A stretch of DNA of 64,000 nucleotides from Magnetovibrio sp. (GTDB taxonomy: Bacteria > Pseudomonadota > Alphaproteobacteria > Rhodospirillales > Magnetovibrionaceae), in assembly GCF_036568125.1 (NCBI RefSeq), contig NZ_DATCTF010000006.1, forward strand, positions 44,082-108,081. The letters run 5' to 3'. Shown here in pieces: positions 24,991 to 34,500 of the stretch. How positions within the stretch are numbered: position 1 is the first letter of the stretch; each line of letters opens with the position of its first letter. The notes below the pieces were generated by a model, which was given only the letters and a program-made list of their open reading frames with translations, did no database searches and was not told where the DNA came from. A program made the position numbers and the translations under genes.

Positions 24991-25179
24991 GTTTTCAGAA
25001 GGTCATGGCGCCAAAGAGAAAGGGTGAGGCGTGGGAGGTTTGCGAAGGGGGGGGTGAGGTGGTGGCGTTTAAGCCCCGACATTTATGGATTCGCATGAAA
25101 AACGAGAGCGTTGCACGAGGGGCGCGTATGGTAAAAGGGTGCCAAACCCCTTGGTTTTCTTGGTTGGGTCAACCCCTTG

Positions 25180-25187
25180 TTAACCAT
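25180..25187 (+). promoter_or_regulatory. TTAACCAT (CtrA half-site-type octamer) upstream of fliL
   Basis: Exact TTAACCAT about 100 nt upstream of the fliL ATG. This is a single short motif, so weak evidence. Confidence 0.25.
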
Positions 25188-25283
25188 CGGCATCATATTG
25201 TGGTGAGCTGAGTTAACTTACATGCGGTGCGCGTGGGCGCGTTTCGATATGATAAGTCAGGACTCAAAACGAGTGGAGACGGC

Positions 25284-25847
25284 ATGGCCGACGAAGAACT
25301 AGAAGAAGACCTGGACGACGGCGTCGGTGAGTCCGAGGACGAAGGCGGCGAGGGCGAGGGTGGAAGCGGTTCTGGTAAAAAGCGCCTCCTGATTGTCATC
25401 GCGGCGGTCCTGGTGTTGATTCTGGGTGGTGCCGCGGCGGCTTACTTCACGGGTCTTTTGCAGCCGGTGATTGACATGTTGTCCGGCGGTCAGGATGCGG
25501 TTGCGGTCGAGGAGCTCGATCAGCAGCAAGTGATCTCCGGCGATGCCGTGTTCTACGATTTGCAAGAAATGCTGGTGAACATTAACACCGGCGGGCGCAA
25601 GGCGGTTTATTTGAAGATCCGCGTCAGTCTGGAACTGGAAAGCGGTGACGATATCGTCAGAATTGAAGAAATGATGCCGCGCATCGTCGATAATTTTCAG
25701 ATTTACCTGCGCGAGCTTAGAATTGAAGACCTGAAAGGGTCGGCGGGCATGTACCGACTGCGTGAAGAGCTGCTCAAGCGCGTAAGCGTGGCTGTGGCGC
25801 CCGCCAAGGTCAACGATGTGTTGTTCAAGGAGATGCTCGTCCAGTAA
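25284..25847 (+). CDS. fliL: flagellar basal-body-associated protein FliL
   Basis: Acidic N-terminus, one TM segment, then VFYDLQEMLVNINTGGRKAVYLKIRVSLEL...MPRIVDNFQIYLRELR. GGAGA Shine-Dalgarno before the ATG at 25284. Confidence 0.85.
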   Translation: MADEELEEDLDDGVGESEDEGGEGEGGSGSGKKRLLIVIAAVLVLILGGAAAAYFTGLLQPVIDMLSGGQDAVAVEELDQQQVISGDAVFYDLQEMLVNINTGGRKAVYLKIRVSLELESGDDIVRIEEMMPRIVDNFQIYLRELRIEDLKGSAGMYRLREELLKRVSVAVAPAKVNDVLFKEMLVQ

Positions 25848-25871
25848 GGCGAGCGGAGGTTAGGCAAAAGC

Positions 25872-27032
25872 ATGACTGCGCCCGGTGAAGACGTCGATCA
25901 AGATGCCATGGCGGCGGCCTGGGAGGCTGCCATGGGCGGTGGCGACCCCGATGCCGACAGCGGTGGCGGTGGCGACGACGGTGACGATCTCGCCGCCGAA
26001 TGGGCCGCAATGCTGGATTCCGGCGGTGGCGGCGAGGCTGCTACGGGCGGTAGTTCTCCACGAGAATCAACCCGCGTTCTGAACCAGGACGAAATCGACA
26101 GTCTGCTCGGCTTCGATGACGACCTGGAAGAAGGCGACCAGAAATCCGGTATTCAGGCGATCCTCAACTCGGCGCTGGTGTCTTACGAACGCCTGCCGAT
26201 GCTCGAAGTTGTGTTCGACCGCTTAGTGCGTTTGATGTCGACGTCATTGCGCAACTTTACCTCCGACAACGTTGAAGTCTCCCTCGACAACATCACTTCG
26301 ATCCGTTTTGGCGATTATCTCAACTCGATCCCGCTGCCGGCCATGCTTTCGGTGTTCAAGGCCGAGGAATGGGACAACTACGGTCTGCTGACGGTCGATA
26401 GCTCTCTGATCTACTCGATCGTAGACGTTTTGCTCGGCGGACGACGCGGCACGGCGGCGATGCGTATCGAAGGTCGTCCCTACACCACCATCGAACGATC
26501 CTTGGTCGAACGCATGGTGCACGTGGTGCTGTCGGATCTGTCGGGCGCGTTCGAACCGCTTTCGCCGGTCACGTTCCGTTTTGACCGCCTGGAAACCAAC
26601 CCGCGTTTCGCGACCATTTCCCGGCCTTCCAACGCCGCCATCGTGGCGCGGTTGCGTATCGATATGGAAGACCGCGGCGGCCAAATGGAGCTGCTGTTGC
26701 CCTATGCGACGCTGGAACCTGTGCGCGAGCTGCTGCTGCAGATGTTCATGGGCGAAAAGTTCGGTCGCGACAGCATTTGGGAAACTCACTTGGCCGAAGA
26801 GCTGTGGATGACGGAAGTCGAGCTGGAAGCCGTGCTCGATACCCAAACCATGCGCTTGGGCGATGTGTTCGATATGCAAAAGGGATCACATATGGATCTC
26901 GGTGCGACACCGGAATCGCAAGTCATGCTGTTGTGTGGCGACGTCCCGATGTATCTTGGGCGTATGGGCCGCAAAGGCGACCAGATTGCGATCCGCATCG
27001 ATGGTCGATATGAGAAGCCCAAGAACGACTAG
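25872..27032 (+). CDS. fliM: flagellar motor switch protein FliM
   Basis: LNQDEIDSLLGF CheY-P binding motif, followed by the FliM middle and C-terminal domains (RLPMLEVVFDR..., ELLLPYATLEP). Confidence 0.9.
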   Translation: MTAPGEDVDQDAMAAAWEAAMGGGDPDADSGGGGDDGDDLAAEWAAMLDSGGGGEAATGGSSPRESTRVLNQDEIDSLLGFDDDLEEGDQKSGIQAILNSALVSYERLPMLEVVFDRLVRLMSTSLRNFTSDNVEVSLDNITSIRFGDYLNSIPLPAMLSVFKAEEWDNYGLLTVDSSLIYSIVDVLLGGRRGTAAMRIEGRPYTTIERSLVERMVHVVLSDLSGAFEPLSPVTFRFDRLETNPRFATISRPSNAAIVARLRIDMEDRGGQMELLLPYATLEPVRELLLQMFMGEKFGRDSIWETHLAEELWMTEVELEAVLDTQTMRLGDVFDMQKGSHMDLGATPESQVMLLCGDVPMYLGRMGRKGDQIAIRIDGRYEKPKND

Positions 27033-27076
27033 CGGAGCCACAGAAGGGACGGCGCTCAAACGCCAGTGAGGTAAAC

Positions 27077-27754
27077 GTGCAAATTGCCTTCGTACTCGAC
27101 GTCATCATTGCGGTGCTTTTGGTGCTGACCATCACCTATGCGGTGCGTCTCAACCAGCGTTTGGCACAATTGCGCAGCGACAAAAACGAATTGATGGAAC
27201 TGGCCAAAACCTTCGCCGAAGCCACCGTCAAGGCCGAAGCGGGCATCAAGGCGCTTAAGATTTCCAGCGAAGCCTTGCAAACCGACGTCCAAAAGGCCGA
27301 AGCCTTGCGCGACGACTTGGCCTATCTGGTGGAACGCGGCGGACGTTCGGCGGATGAAATGGTTGCTTCCGTGCGTGCACCCAAATCGCAGCGTCATGAC
27401 TTTTCACCCGAAGAAGAGGATGAAGACCTGCTGATCGAAGAAGCGATCCGCGCCGCGACACCGGGTGCCGGTGGCCGACCGGGGGGGCGTGCCGATACGC
27501 GTCCGGGGCCGCGCTTCGGGGCTAAAGACGATAATTCATTGGCGCGTGGCGAGACGACCCGGCGCGTCAGTTTGCATCCTGAACCGGCGCCTGCGCAACG
27601 ATCGTCCGAGCAACGCAGACTGGGTGGCGGATTGGGTGGCTTGAGCGCCCAGGACCGCTTGCTCGACAAACGCGGGACTTCCGCCGAAGAGCCGTCCATT
27701 GGCGATACGGATGCCGCACGTGAACTGCTCAAGGCGCTCAGCTCGATGAAGTGA
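27077..27754 (+). CDS. hypothetical membrane-anchored coiled-coil protein in the fliLM operon
   Basis: GTG start with a GAGG Shine-Dalgarno. One N-terminal TM (FVLDVIIAVLLVLTITYAV), a coiled-coil segment, and an Arg/Gly/Pro-rich low-complexity tail. Confidence 0.6.
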   Translation: MQIAFVLDVIIAVLLVLTITYAVRLNQRLAQLRSDKNELMELAKTFAEATVKAEAGIKALKISSEALQTDVQKAEALRDDLAYLVERGGRSADEMVASVRAPKSQRHDFSPEEEDEDLLIEEAIRAATPGAGGRPGGRADTRPGPRFGAKDDNSLARGETTRRVSLHPEPAPAQRSSEQRRLGGGLGGLSAQDRLLDKRGTSAEEPSIGDTDAARELLKALSSMK

Positions 27755-27780
27755 GCGGATATATCTATGGAATGCACTGA

Positions 27781-28641
27781 ATGGCTATGGCGCAAGGGAA
27801 CATGAGTATCGGCAGAATAACCCCGGTTCGGCGGAGTGCGCATGCGCTGCCCGAAGCGGACGAAGAGCTCGACTTTTCGTTCGAAGAGCCTGAGGCGAAA
27901 AAGCCCAGCCTGTTGCGCCGAGTGGTTGTTAAGGTGCGCCTGTTGCCGATGGTCATCTTCTTTTCCACCCTGACCTTGACCGTGCGCGTCGGCGATATCT
28001 GGGAAGGCGTCGATGGTGTGTTGAACGGCACCGTGTCCGTCGCCACCACCCAGGCGCAAACGGGAACTGATCCAGCGGCCACTGATGCCGCCATGCCCGC
28101 AGCTGACGGGTTGCCGTCGGAACTGATGTCCACCGATGGGTTGGACCCCGGTGCGATGGCGGAAGAAGACCAAGCCGCGGTTGCCGCGCGCATGTTGGCG
28201 GACGATCCGACGTTGCTGACGCAATCCGAAATCGACTTGTTGCAAAAGCTTGCCGAGCGCCGTGTCGAGATTGATGCGCGCGCCCGTGAATTGGATAGCC
28301 GCGTCGCGCTGCTCGCCGCCGCGGAATCTCGGATCGATAGAAAAATTCAAGATTTCAAGGCGTTACAGGCGACGATCGAAAGTTTGATCAAGACCTATGA
28401 CGAACAGCAGGACGCCAAGTTGATGAGCTTGGTGAAGATCTACGAAAACATGAAGCCCAAGGATGCCGCACTCATTTTCGAAGAGTTGGAAATGGACGTG
28501 CTACTGCAGGTGGCGGAACGGATGAAGGAACGCTCTTTGGCGCCGATCATGGCGAAGATGAATCCCCAGCGGGCGCGTGAGGTGACGGTCGAACTGAATG
28601 CGTTGCGCAAGTTGCCGGAACCGAACCCGGCGGGCGGGTGA
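27781..28641 (+). CDS. MotE-like protein (MgtE-N-like flagellar motility domain)
   Basis: C-terminal LMSLVKIYENMKPKDAALIFEELEMDVLLQVAERMKERSLAPIMAKMNPQRAREV is the MotE/FlbB-type motif. One TM segment. An alternative start at 27802 has a better Shine-Dalgarno. Confidence 0.6.
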   Translation: MAMAQGNMSIGRITPVRRSAHALPEADEELDFSFEEPEAKKPSLLRRVVVKVRLLPMVIFFSTLTLTVRVGDIWEGVDGVLNGTVSVATTQAQTGTDPAATDAAMPAADGLPSELMSTDGLDPGAMAEEDQAAVAARMLADDPTLLTQSEIDLLQKLAERRVEIDARARELDSRVALLAAAESRIDRKIQDFKALQATIESLIKTYDEQQDAKLMSLVKIYENMKPKDAALIFEELEMDVLLQVAERMKERSLAPIMAKMNPQRAREVTVELNALRKLPEPNPAGG

Positions 28642-28939
28642 GAGCATGCTGAAAAAGGCTTAGACGTTTGTTCTAAAAGGTTGCGAACTGTTTGCGACTC
28701 CTTTACCAAGATAGGGTAAATTCATTTTGGCTCTGTGATTCTTGGGGATGAAAGCCTGCAAGCTAGTTCCTGCGTCCCGAGATGAAACGAATGGAATAAA
28801 GGCGCAAAAGCGCTCAACTTTGGTAACGGTGAAGAACTGCTATCGCGAAAACCTAAGACCTTCGTGTTAACTCAGGGAACGCACGGAAAGTCAGACTTAA
28901 GATATAGGCGATAGTTAAGCCGGGAAATGGAGTGTTCAG

Positions 28940-29332
28940 ATGGCTGTCGATAAGAACATGAATGTTCTGATCGTGGATGATTACAAGACCATGCTCAGGA
29001 TCATCCGAAACCTTCTGCGTCAACTTGGTTTCGAAAATGTAGATGAAGCGACGGACGGAACCCAGGCGCTCGAGAAGCTCAAAGAAGGCGGCGGGAACTT
29101 CGGATTGGTTATTTCCGATTGGAACATGGAGCCCATGACCGGCATTGAATTGCTGCGTCACGTGCGCGCCGACGACAAGCTCAAGCATATTCCCTTCATC
29201 ATGGTGACGGCGGAATCCAAGTCAGAAAACGTGATCGCGGCGAAAGAAGCCGGTGTGTCCAACTACATCGTTAAACCTTTCAACGCTGATACCCTCAAAT
29301 CGAAGATGGTCAGTGTGCTGGGCGACTTCTAA
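28940..29332 (+). CDS. cheY: chemotaxis response regulator CheY
   Basis: VLIVDD, phospho-acceptor context LVISDWNMEPMTG, MVTAES and YIVKPF. Confidence 0.9.
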   Translation: MAVDKNMNVLIVDDYKTMLRIIRNLLRQLGFENVDEATDGTQALEKLKEGGGNFGLVISDWNMEPMTGIELLRHVRADDKLKHIPFIMVTAESKSENVIAAKEAGVSNYIVKPFNADTLKSKMVSVLGDF

Positions 29333-29351
29333 GGTCGTCTGAGGAATCTTT

Positions 29352-30080
29352 ATGGCCGGACGTAAGTCGAATACGGCCACGGCTAAAAAGCCGAAGGCCA
29401 TAAGAAAACCCAGTACCAAGTCTGCTGCTAAGGACGGTGCGGTGAAAAAACGCGCCGTCAAAGCTGTCGATCAGGTCATTGCAGCCGCCAAAAAGGTCAA
29501 ACGCAAAGGCAAAGCGGTCCCGATCGCTGCGCCCAGGCGCGCCAAACGCGACCCGGCTGTGACCATTTACGCCGAACTGGAACGCTTAGCGGCCTACATC
29601 GATGCGGCGAAGCGCGAAATCGCGGAAATTCGTCCTCAAGACGTAAAAGAGGAATATCTGCCCGGTGCGAGCGACGAGCTGGATGCCATCGTCGCGGCGA
29701 CTGCTGACGCGACCAACACGATCATGGACAATTGCGAAGTGATCGAGGGGGTGATGGGTGACGTCAACGATGCGGTTTCGGCAAAGCTTATGGATGCCAC
29801 GACACACATCTATGAGGCTTGCACCTTTCAAGACATCACCGGGCAGCGCATCGGCAAAGTGGTTGCGGCGCTGAAAAACATCGAAAAGCGCATCGATGCC
29901 TTGGTGTTGACGCTCGGCGACGAGATCATCAAGCCACAGAAGAAAAATGCCAAGCCTGAACCCACGGGCAAGAAAGAGAAGAAAGAAATCACCGACGCGG
30001 ACCTTCTCGAGGGTCCCCAGCTTGGCGACAAGGCCAAGAGCCAGGCTGAGATCGACGATCTTTTGGCAAGTTTTGACTAG
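29352..30080 (+). CDS. cheZ: CheZ-family CheY-P phosphatase with Lys-rich N-terminal extension
   Basis: DELDAIVAATADATNTIM...ACTFQDITGQRIGKV (catalytic QDxxGQ context) and a C-terminal QAEIDDLLASFD CheY-binding-like peptide. Confidence 0.75.
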   Translation: MAGRKSNTATAKKPKAIRKPSTKSAAKDGAVKKRAVKAVDQVIAAAKKVKRKGKAVPIAAPRRAKRDPAVTIYAELERLAAYIDAAKREIAEIRPQDVKEEYLPGASDELDAIVAATADATNTIMDNCEVIEGVMGDVNDAVSAKLMDATTHIYEACTFQDITGQRIGKVVAALKNIEKRIDALVLTLGDEIIKPQKKNAKPEPTGKKEKKEITDADLLEGPQLGDKAKSQAEIDDLLASFD

Positions 30081-30094
30081 GGCTCACGTCCGCC

Positions 30095-30799
30095 ATGGAC
30101 ACCATGAACGACCAGATCAAGCGGTTACCTGAAGAGGGCCCCAACACCGTCGCCCTGTTTCTCGGGCTGTATCTGGTCGTGTTGGCGTTCTTCATTTTGC
30201 TGGTGACGATTTCCACCGTCGAGGAAACCAAATCGAAAAAGGTGATGGACAGCCTGTCCAGCGCGTTCACTTCCATCGTACCGCCGTCGGCGGACCTGCA
30301 AAGCTTTCAATCCAAAGACGGCGACGTCTTGGCGGGGCAGGAATTTCAGCAGCAGGTGACGGGCATTTTTTCCACTGCCCTGGGCATCGACAAAGTCGAA
30401 ACCGTTCAGCCGGGACGGCAGATGCGCTTGTTGTTGAAGGCTGACAGCTTGTTTTTTCAAGACGAGGCGCGCATCCGTCCGGCAATGTTTCCGCTGCTGG
30501 ACCGAACCGTAGCGGCGCTGTCCAGCCGCCCGTCGGGATTGCGTTACGATTTGGAGTTCGTGATCGGCACACCGACCGCCGATGACGGCAAAACCATGCC
30601 GACGGAAGAAACGCTGGAAGTGCGCCGCGCTGGGGCGTTCGCCGATGAAATGAATTCGCGCGGCATTCCGCCCGACAGCGTCGCGGTCGGCATGCGTCCG
30701 GGCCATGTCGGGGAAATCGTGATCTGGTTCTATACCCGCGACATCGAAAAAACCAAACTGCAATTCACTGAGGAGGATCGGTTCAAGAATGCCCGGTAG
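30095..30799 (+). CDS. MotB-like membrane protein, degenerate (no TM Asp, degenerate OmpA-like domain)
   Basis: The TM helix VALFLGLYLVVLAFFILLV resembles the MotB TM but has no acidic residue. The C-terminal LLLKADSLFFQDEARIRPAMFPLLDRTVAAL...VRRAGAFADEMNSRGIPPDSV resembles an eroded OmpA/MotB fold. Confidence 0.5.
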   Translation: MDTMNDQIKRLPEEGPNTVALFLGLYLVVLAFFILLVTISTVEETKSKKVMDSLSSAFTSIVPPSADLQSFQSKDGDVLAGQEFQQQVTGIFSTALGIDKVETVQPGRQMRLLLKADSLFFQDEARIRPAMFPLLDRTVAALSSRPSGLRYDLEFVIGTPTADDGKTMPTEETLEVRRAGAFADEMNSRGIPPDSVAVGMRPGHVGEIVIWFYTRDIEKTKLQFTEEDRFKNAR

Positions 30800-30802
30800 C
30801 AT

Positions 30803-31540
30803 TTGAACGCTGTGCCCATGCTCGACGACGACATGACCCCTGATATGCAACGCCAAGCAGGCCCGAAAGCGGCCTGGATGGTCACGTTCGCGGATCTCGT
30901 ATCCCTGATGCTGACCTTCTTCGTGTTGCTGTTTTCCATGTCGTCGCTGCAAATGGACGAATGGGACGCGATGACCGACACCCTGACCCAGACCTTGAAC
31001 CCGGGCAAGCTGACCACCGTCGCGGCGGCCACGGCTGAATTCAACATCGGCACCATCTTTCGCCGACAGGCCACCGACCTGGATTATCTGTCCGGGGTCT
31101 TGCAGCGTGGCGTGCAGGAAGACGAGCTGTTGAGGGCCTCTAAGATCATGCTGCTCGACGACCGTTTGGTGGTGGCGTTACCGGGTGACCTGTTGTTCCC
31201 GTCGGGAAAGGCGGAGATGCCCGACGAAGCGCGCTCGGCCCTATTTACGCTGGGTAGTCTTTTGCGCAACGTCGGCAATCAGATCGGCGTCAACGGCCAC
31301 ACCGACCCCAGTTTGCCGTCAGGTGAAAGCGGCTTTCAAACCAACTGGGAACTTTCCGTGGCGCGCTCGGCTGCGGTGGCCAACGCCTTGCGGGCGTCGG
31401 GCTATACCGATGACATCATCGCGTTCGGGTATGCCGACAGCCGCTACGGCCAATTGCCGGAAATTGATGAAGTCGAACGCGCCAAGCTGGGCCGACGCGT
31501 CGATATCGTAATTTTCCCCACCGTTGGGGGAGGCGACTGA
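30803..31540 (+). CDS. motB: flagellar motor stator protein MotB
   Basis: AWMVTFADLVSLMLTFFVLLF carries the conserved Asp. OmpA-like domain: LPGDLLFPSGKAEM...VNGHTD...NWELSVARSAAVANAL. Start is TTG at 30803 or ATG at 30818. Confidence 0.85.
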   Translation: MNAVPMLDDDMTPDMQRQAGPKAAWMVTFADLVSLMLTFFVLLFSMSSLQMDEWDAMTDTLTQTLNPGKLTTVAAATAEFNIGTIFRRQATDLDYLSGVLQRGVQEDELLRASKIMLLDDRLVVALPGDLLFPSGKAEMPDEARSALFTLGSLLRNVGNQIGVNGHTDPSLPSGESGFQTNWELSVARSAAVANALRASGYTDDIIAFGYADSRYGQLPEIDEVERAKLGRRVDIVIFPTVGGGD

Positions 31541-34500
31541 TGGGGCGGCTGGGGGGCATTCTTTTTGTGGTCGCGTTGATTACGGCGGCCGTCACCAGCC
31601 CATCCGTGTCTTGGGCCGATCCGGTTCAGGTGCGCGCCAGTCGGGGTGACGGCTACGGCCGTTTAACCTTCCGCTGGCCCCAACCGGTCGGCCATCAGGC
31701 GAGCCGCGACGGCGATCGGTTGGTGATCACGTTTTCGCGCCCCATCGAAGCGGACCTGCGCCCGGTGGTGCGGGGGCTGGGACAACTGATCGCCTCGACC
31801 GAAGCCGCGCCCAACGAAGCCACGGTCGTGTTTCGCATCAAGGGCGATTTTTCGGTTCGCAGTTACGACAGCGGTGCATCGGTGGTGGTGGACATCGTCA
31901 GTGCCGCTCAACAGCCTCAACCGCAGACAAACGCACCCCAGGCAGGGAATGTGCAGGGGCAGCAAGTCGCGACGCAGCAGGGCCCCACTGTTCCGGTGCG
32001 CGTCGGCGCTCACGACACCTATTCGCGGATCGTGTTCGATTGGCCCGCTGCTACCGCTTTCGAAGTCGTGCGCGATGGCGTCAACGCCACCATCAAATTC
32101 GCCAAACCGGGACGCGCAAATGTGGCGGCCTTGGCTGGCGGTCGCACGCGCAACATCTCCGGTGCTGAAACCTTTGTCGACAACGGCAATCTCAGCGTCA
32201 CATTGAAGGTCGATGCGACGTCGCAAATCAAGGCGTTCGCCAGCGGCCCCAAAGTGGTGGTCGATGTGTTCGCGCCCGGCACCCAGGCCGCTGCGCCCGC
32301 CGTTGCGGCCACACCCGCAGCCGCACCAGAGCCTACTTCCATACCCACACCTGCGCCCACGCCAGTCGCTGCTGCATCCGCACCAACGCCGCCGAGCGCC
32401 GAAGGCGAACAACCGCCGCCGCCCGCCGCCGTGCCAACCGCGCCGGTGGAATTGGCCCAGTCGGCCCCGGTGAGTTTGGAGCCTCAACCCGCAGCCCAGG
32501 CCGCCCCACAGCCTGCCGCGCCGCCCGTCGAGGACACGCGCATCGAAACCCGCGCCCAGGCCAGTACCATCGCCGAAGGCGCTGTGGCTTTGAAATTCAG
32601 CTGGGACGAACCGGTCGGCGCGGCAGTATTTCGGCGTGGCGGCGATTTATGGGTGATTTTTGACAAGCGCGCAAAAATCGATACCGAGGCCTTGATCCGC
32701 GATGGCGCGGGCTTGATCACCTCGGTCGAACAAGTGCCGTCGCAAAACGGCGCCGTATTGCGTATGACCACTGCGGAAAGCGTCAACCCCGACATCAAAC
32801 GCGCGGGACTGGCGTGGGTTTTGGAATTTATGTCCCAGCCGTTGATCCCCAGCGCGCCGCTGCAAGCCGACTCCCAACCGGACTCGCCTTTGGGTGCGCG
32901 CTTGTTCGTGGCTGTGCCGGAACCAGGCAACATCATCGCCTTTCGCGACCCCGAAGCCGGCGATAACTTGATCGCAGTGCCGGTGATCCCGCTTGGTCAC
33001 GGTATGTCGCGGGAATGGTCGTATCCGCAGCTCAGCTTCCTGCCATCCAAACAAGGTGTGGTGTTGAAGCCGTTGTCGGACGATTTGCGGGTGCGGCCGT
33101 TGCGCCAAGGCATCGAAGTGACCAGCACCGGGACCTTGCAGATTTCCAGTGTCAGCGCCGAAGAAAAGGCCAATGTGGACCTGCAGCAACAATTGGCCGC
33201 CAGCGCCGGCATGGGGGGCTTGGGGCCTGTGACGAGGGTCCTTGATCTGGAAAAGTGGAAACGCCCGGACTTGCTGTCGTTCACCGAAACCAAACAAGAC
33301 CTTCAGCGCGAAGTGGCGTTTGCCAAGAACGACCGTGCGAAAAAACAGAGCCACCGCAACTTGGCACAGTTTTTCTTCGCCAATGGGTTCGAGGCCGAGG
33401 CCTTGGGCGTGCTTCAGGAAATGGTTCGCAGCGAACCGGACTACGCTAAGGAACCCGAGTATTTGGTGATGCACGGGGCGGCCAGTTGGATGATGGGGCG
33501 CATGGAGGACGCGCGCACCGATCTGTTCAATCCCAATCTGGACCCTTACGACGAAGCGACGTTTTGGCGCGCCGCCGTGGTGGCCGGCGAGGGTAAGCTT
33601 GCCGATGCGGCGTACGAGTTGCGCAAGACCGGTTCCATCACCCAGCCTTATCCGAAATCTCTCAAGATGCCGACGGCGACGCTGGTTGCGGCGGCGGCGG
33701 TTGAATTGGGTGACGTTAGACAGGCGACGCAGTATCTCGAAGTGCTGAGTGTCGATAACCCGACCCAAGCGCAGTTGGATCAAATCAAATACGTTTCCGG
33801 CAAGCTCAAGGAATTGAGCGGCGACTTCGATGGCGCAATCGCGGATTGGGAAGCGGTGATGGAGGGACGCCACCGCCCCTCGCGGGCCAAGGCCGCGGTG
33901 GCGCGCACGGAACTTTTGCTCAAACGCAATCTTTTCACCCCGGCAGATGCGATCGAAGAATATGAAAAGCTGCGTTTCGTGTGGCGCGGCGACAATTACG
34001 AATTCGAACTTCTGCGGCGCCTGGGATCTTTGTATCTGGATCAGAAATTCTACCGCAACGGTCTGCGTACACTGCGCCAAGCGGCGACCTATTTCCCCAA
34101 CCATGAGGAAAGCAATCAGGTCACCAAGCAGATGAGCGACGCGTTCAATTTTCTCTATTTAAAAGACGGCGCGGATATCTTGCCACCGGTAACCGCCATT
34201 GCGCTTTACGACGAGTTTCGCGAACTGACCCCGCCGGGGGCCTTAGGCGACGAGATGATTCGACGCCTTGCCGATCGCTTGGTCGGCGTGGACTTGCTGG
34301 ACCGCGCGGCGGACCTGCTGGAACAACAAGTCGACTTCCGCCTCAAAGGCGAAGACAAAGCGCGCGTAGGCGCGCGGTTGGCGCTGATCTATCTGCTCGA
34401 TCGCAAATATGAAAAATCCTTGTCGGCTCTGGATAAAACCGAAGTTCCCGCCGTGGCCGATGCATTGGCGAGCCAACGGGTCTTGCTGCGTGCACAGGCC

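Noticed and set aside
24912-25211. 99-aa ORF in the 494-bp flgF-fliL intergenic region.
   Set aside because: It has no Shine-Dalgarno and an odd composition (Arg/Gly/Trp-rich). The region is better explained as a divergent regulatory region holding a sigma54 promoter, the dyads and an IHF-like site.
28642-28939. Possible sigma28 promoter (GAAAGTCA...GGCGATAG) or small RNA in the 298-bp gap before cheY. There is also a direct repeat TTGCGA-N5-TTGCGA.
   Set aside because: The spacing between the -35-like and -10-like elements is about 2 nt too long for the TAAA-N15-GCCGATAA consensus. No convincing terminator or structure was seen for an sRNA. Left unassigned.
32287-32545. Pro/Ala-rich tract (APAVAATPAAAPEPTSIPTPAPTPVAAASAPTPP...) considered as a tandem DNA repeat or recombination hotspot.
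   Set aside because: It is low-complexity at the protein level, but no exact nucleotide repeat unit is evident. Interpreted as a flexible linker within the 1136-aa protein.
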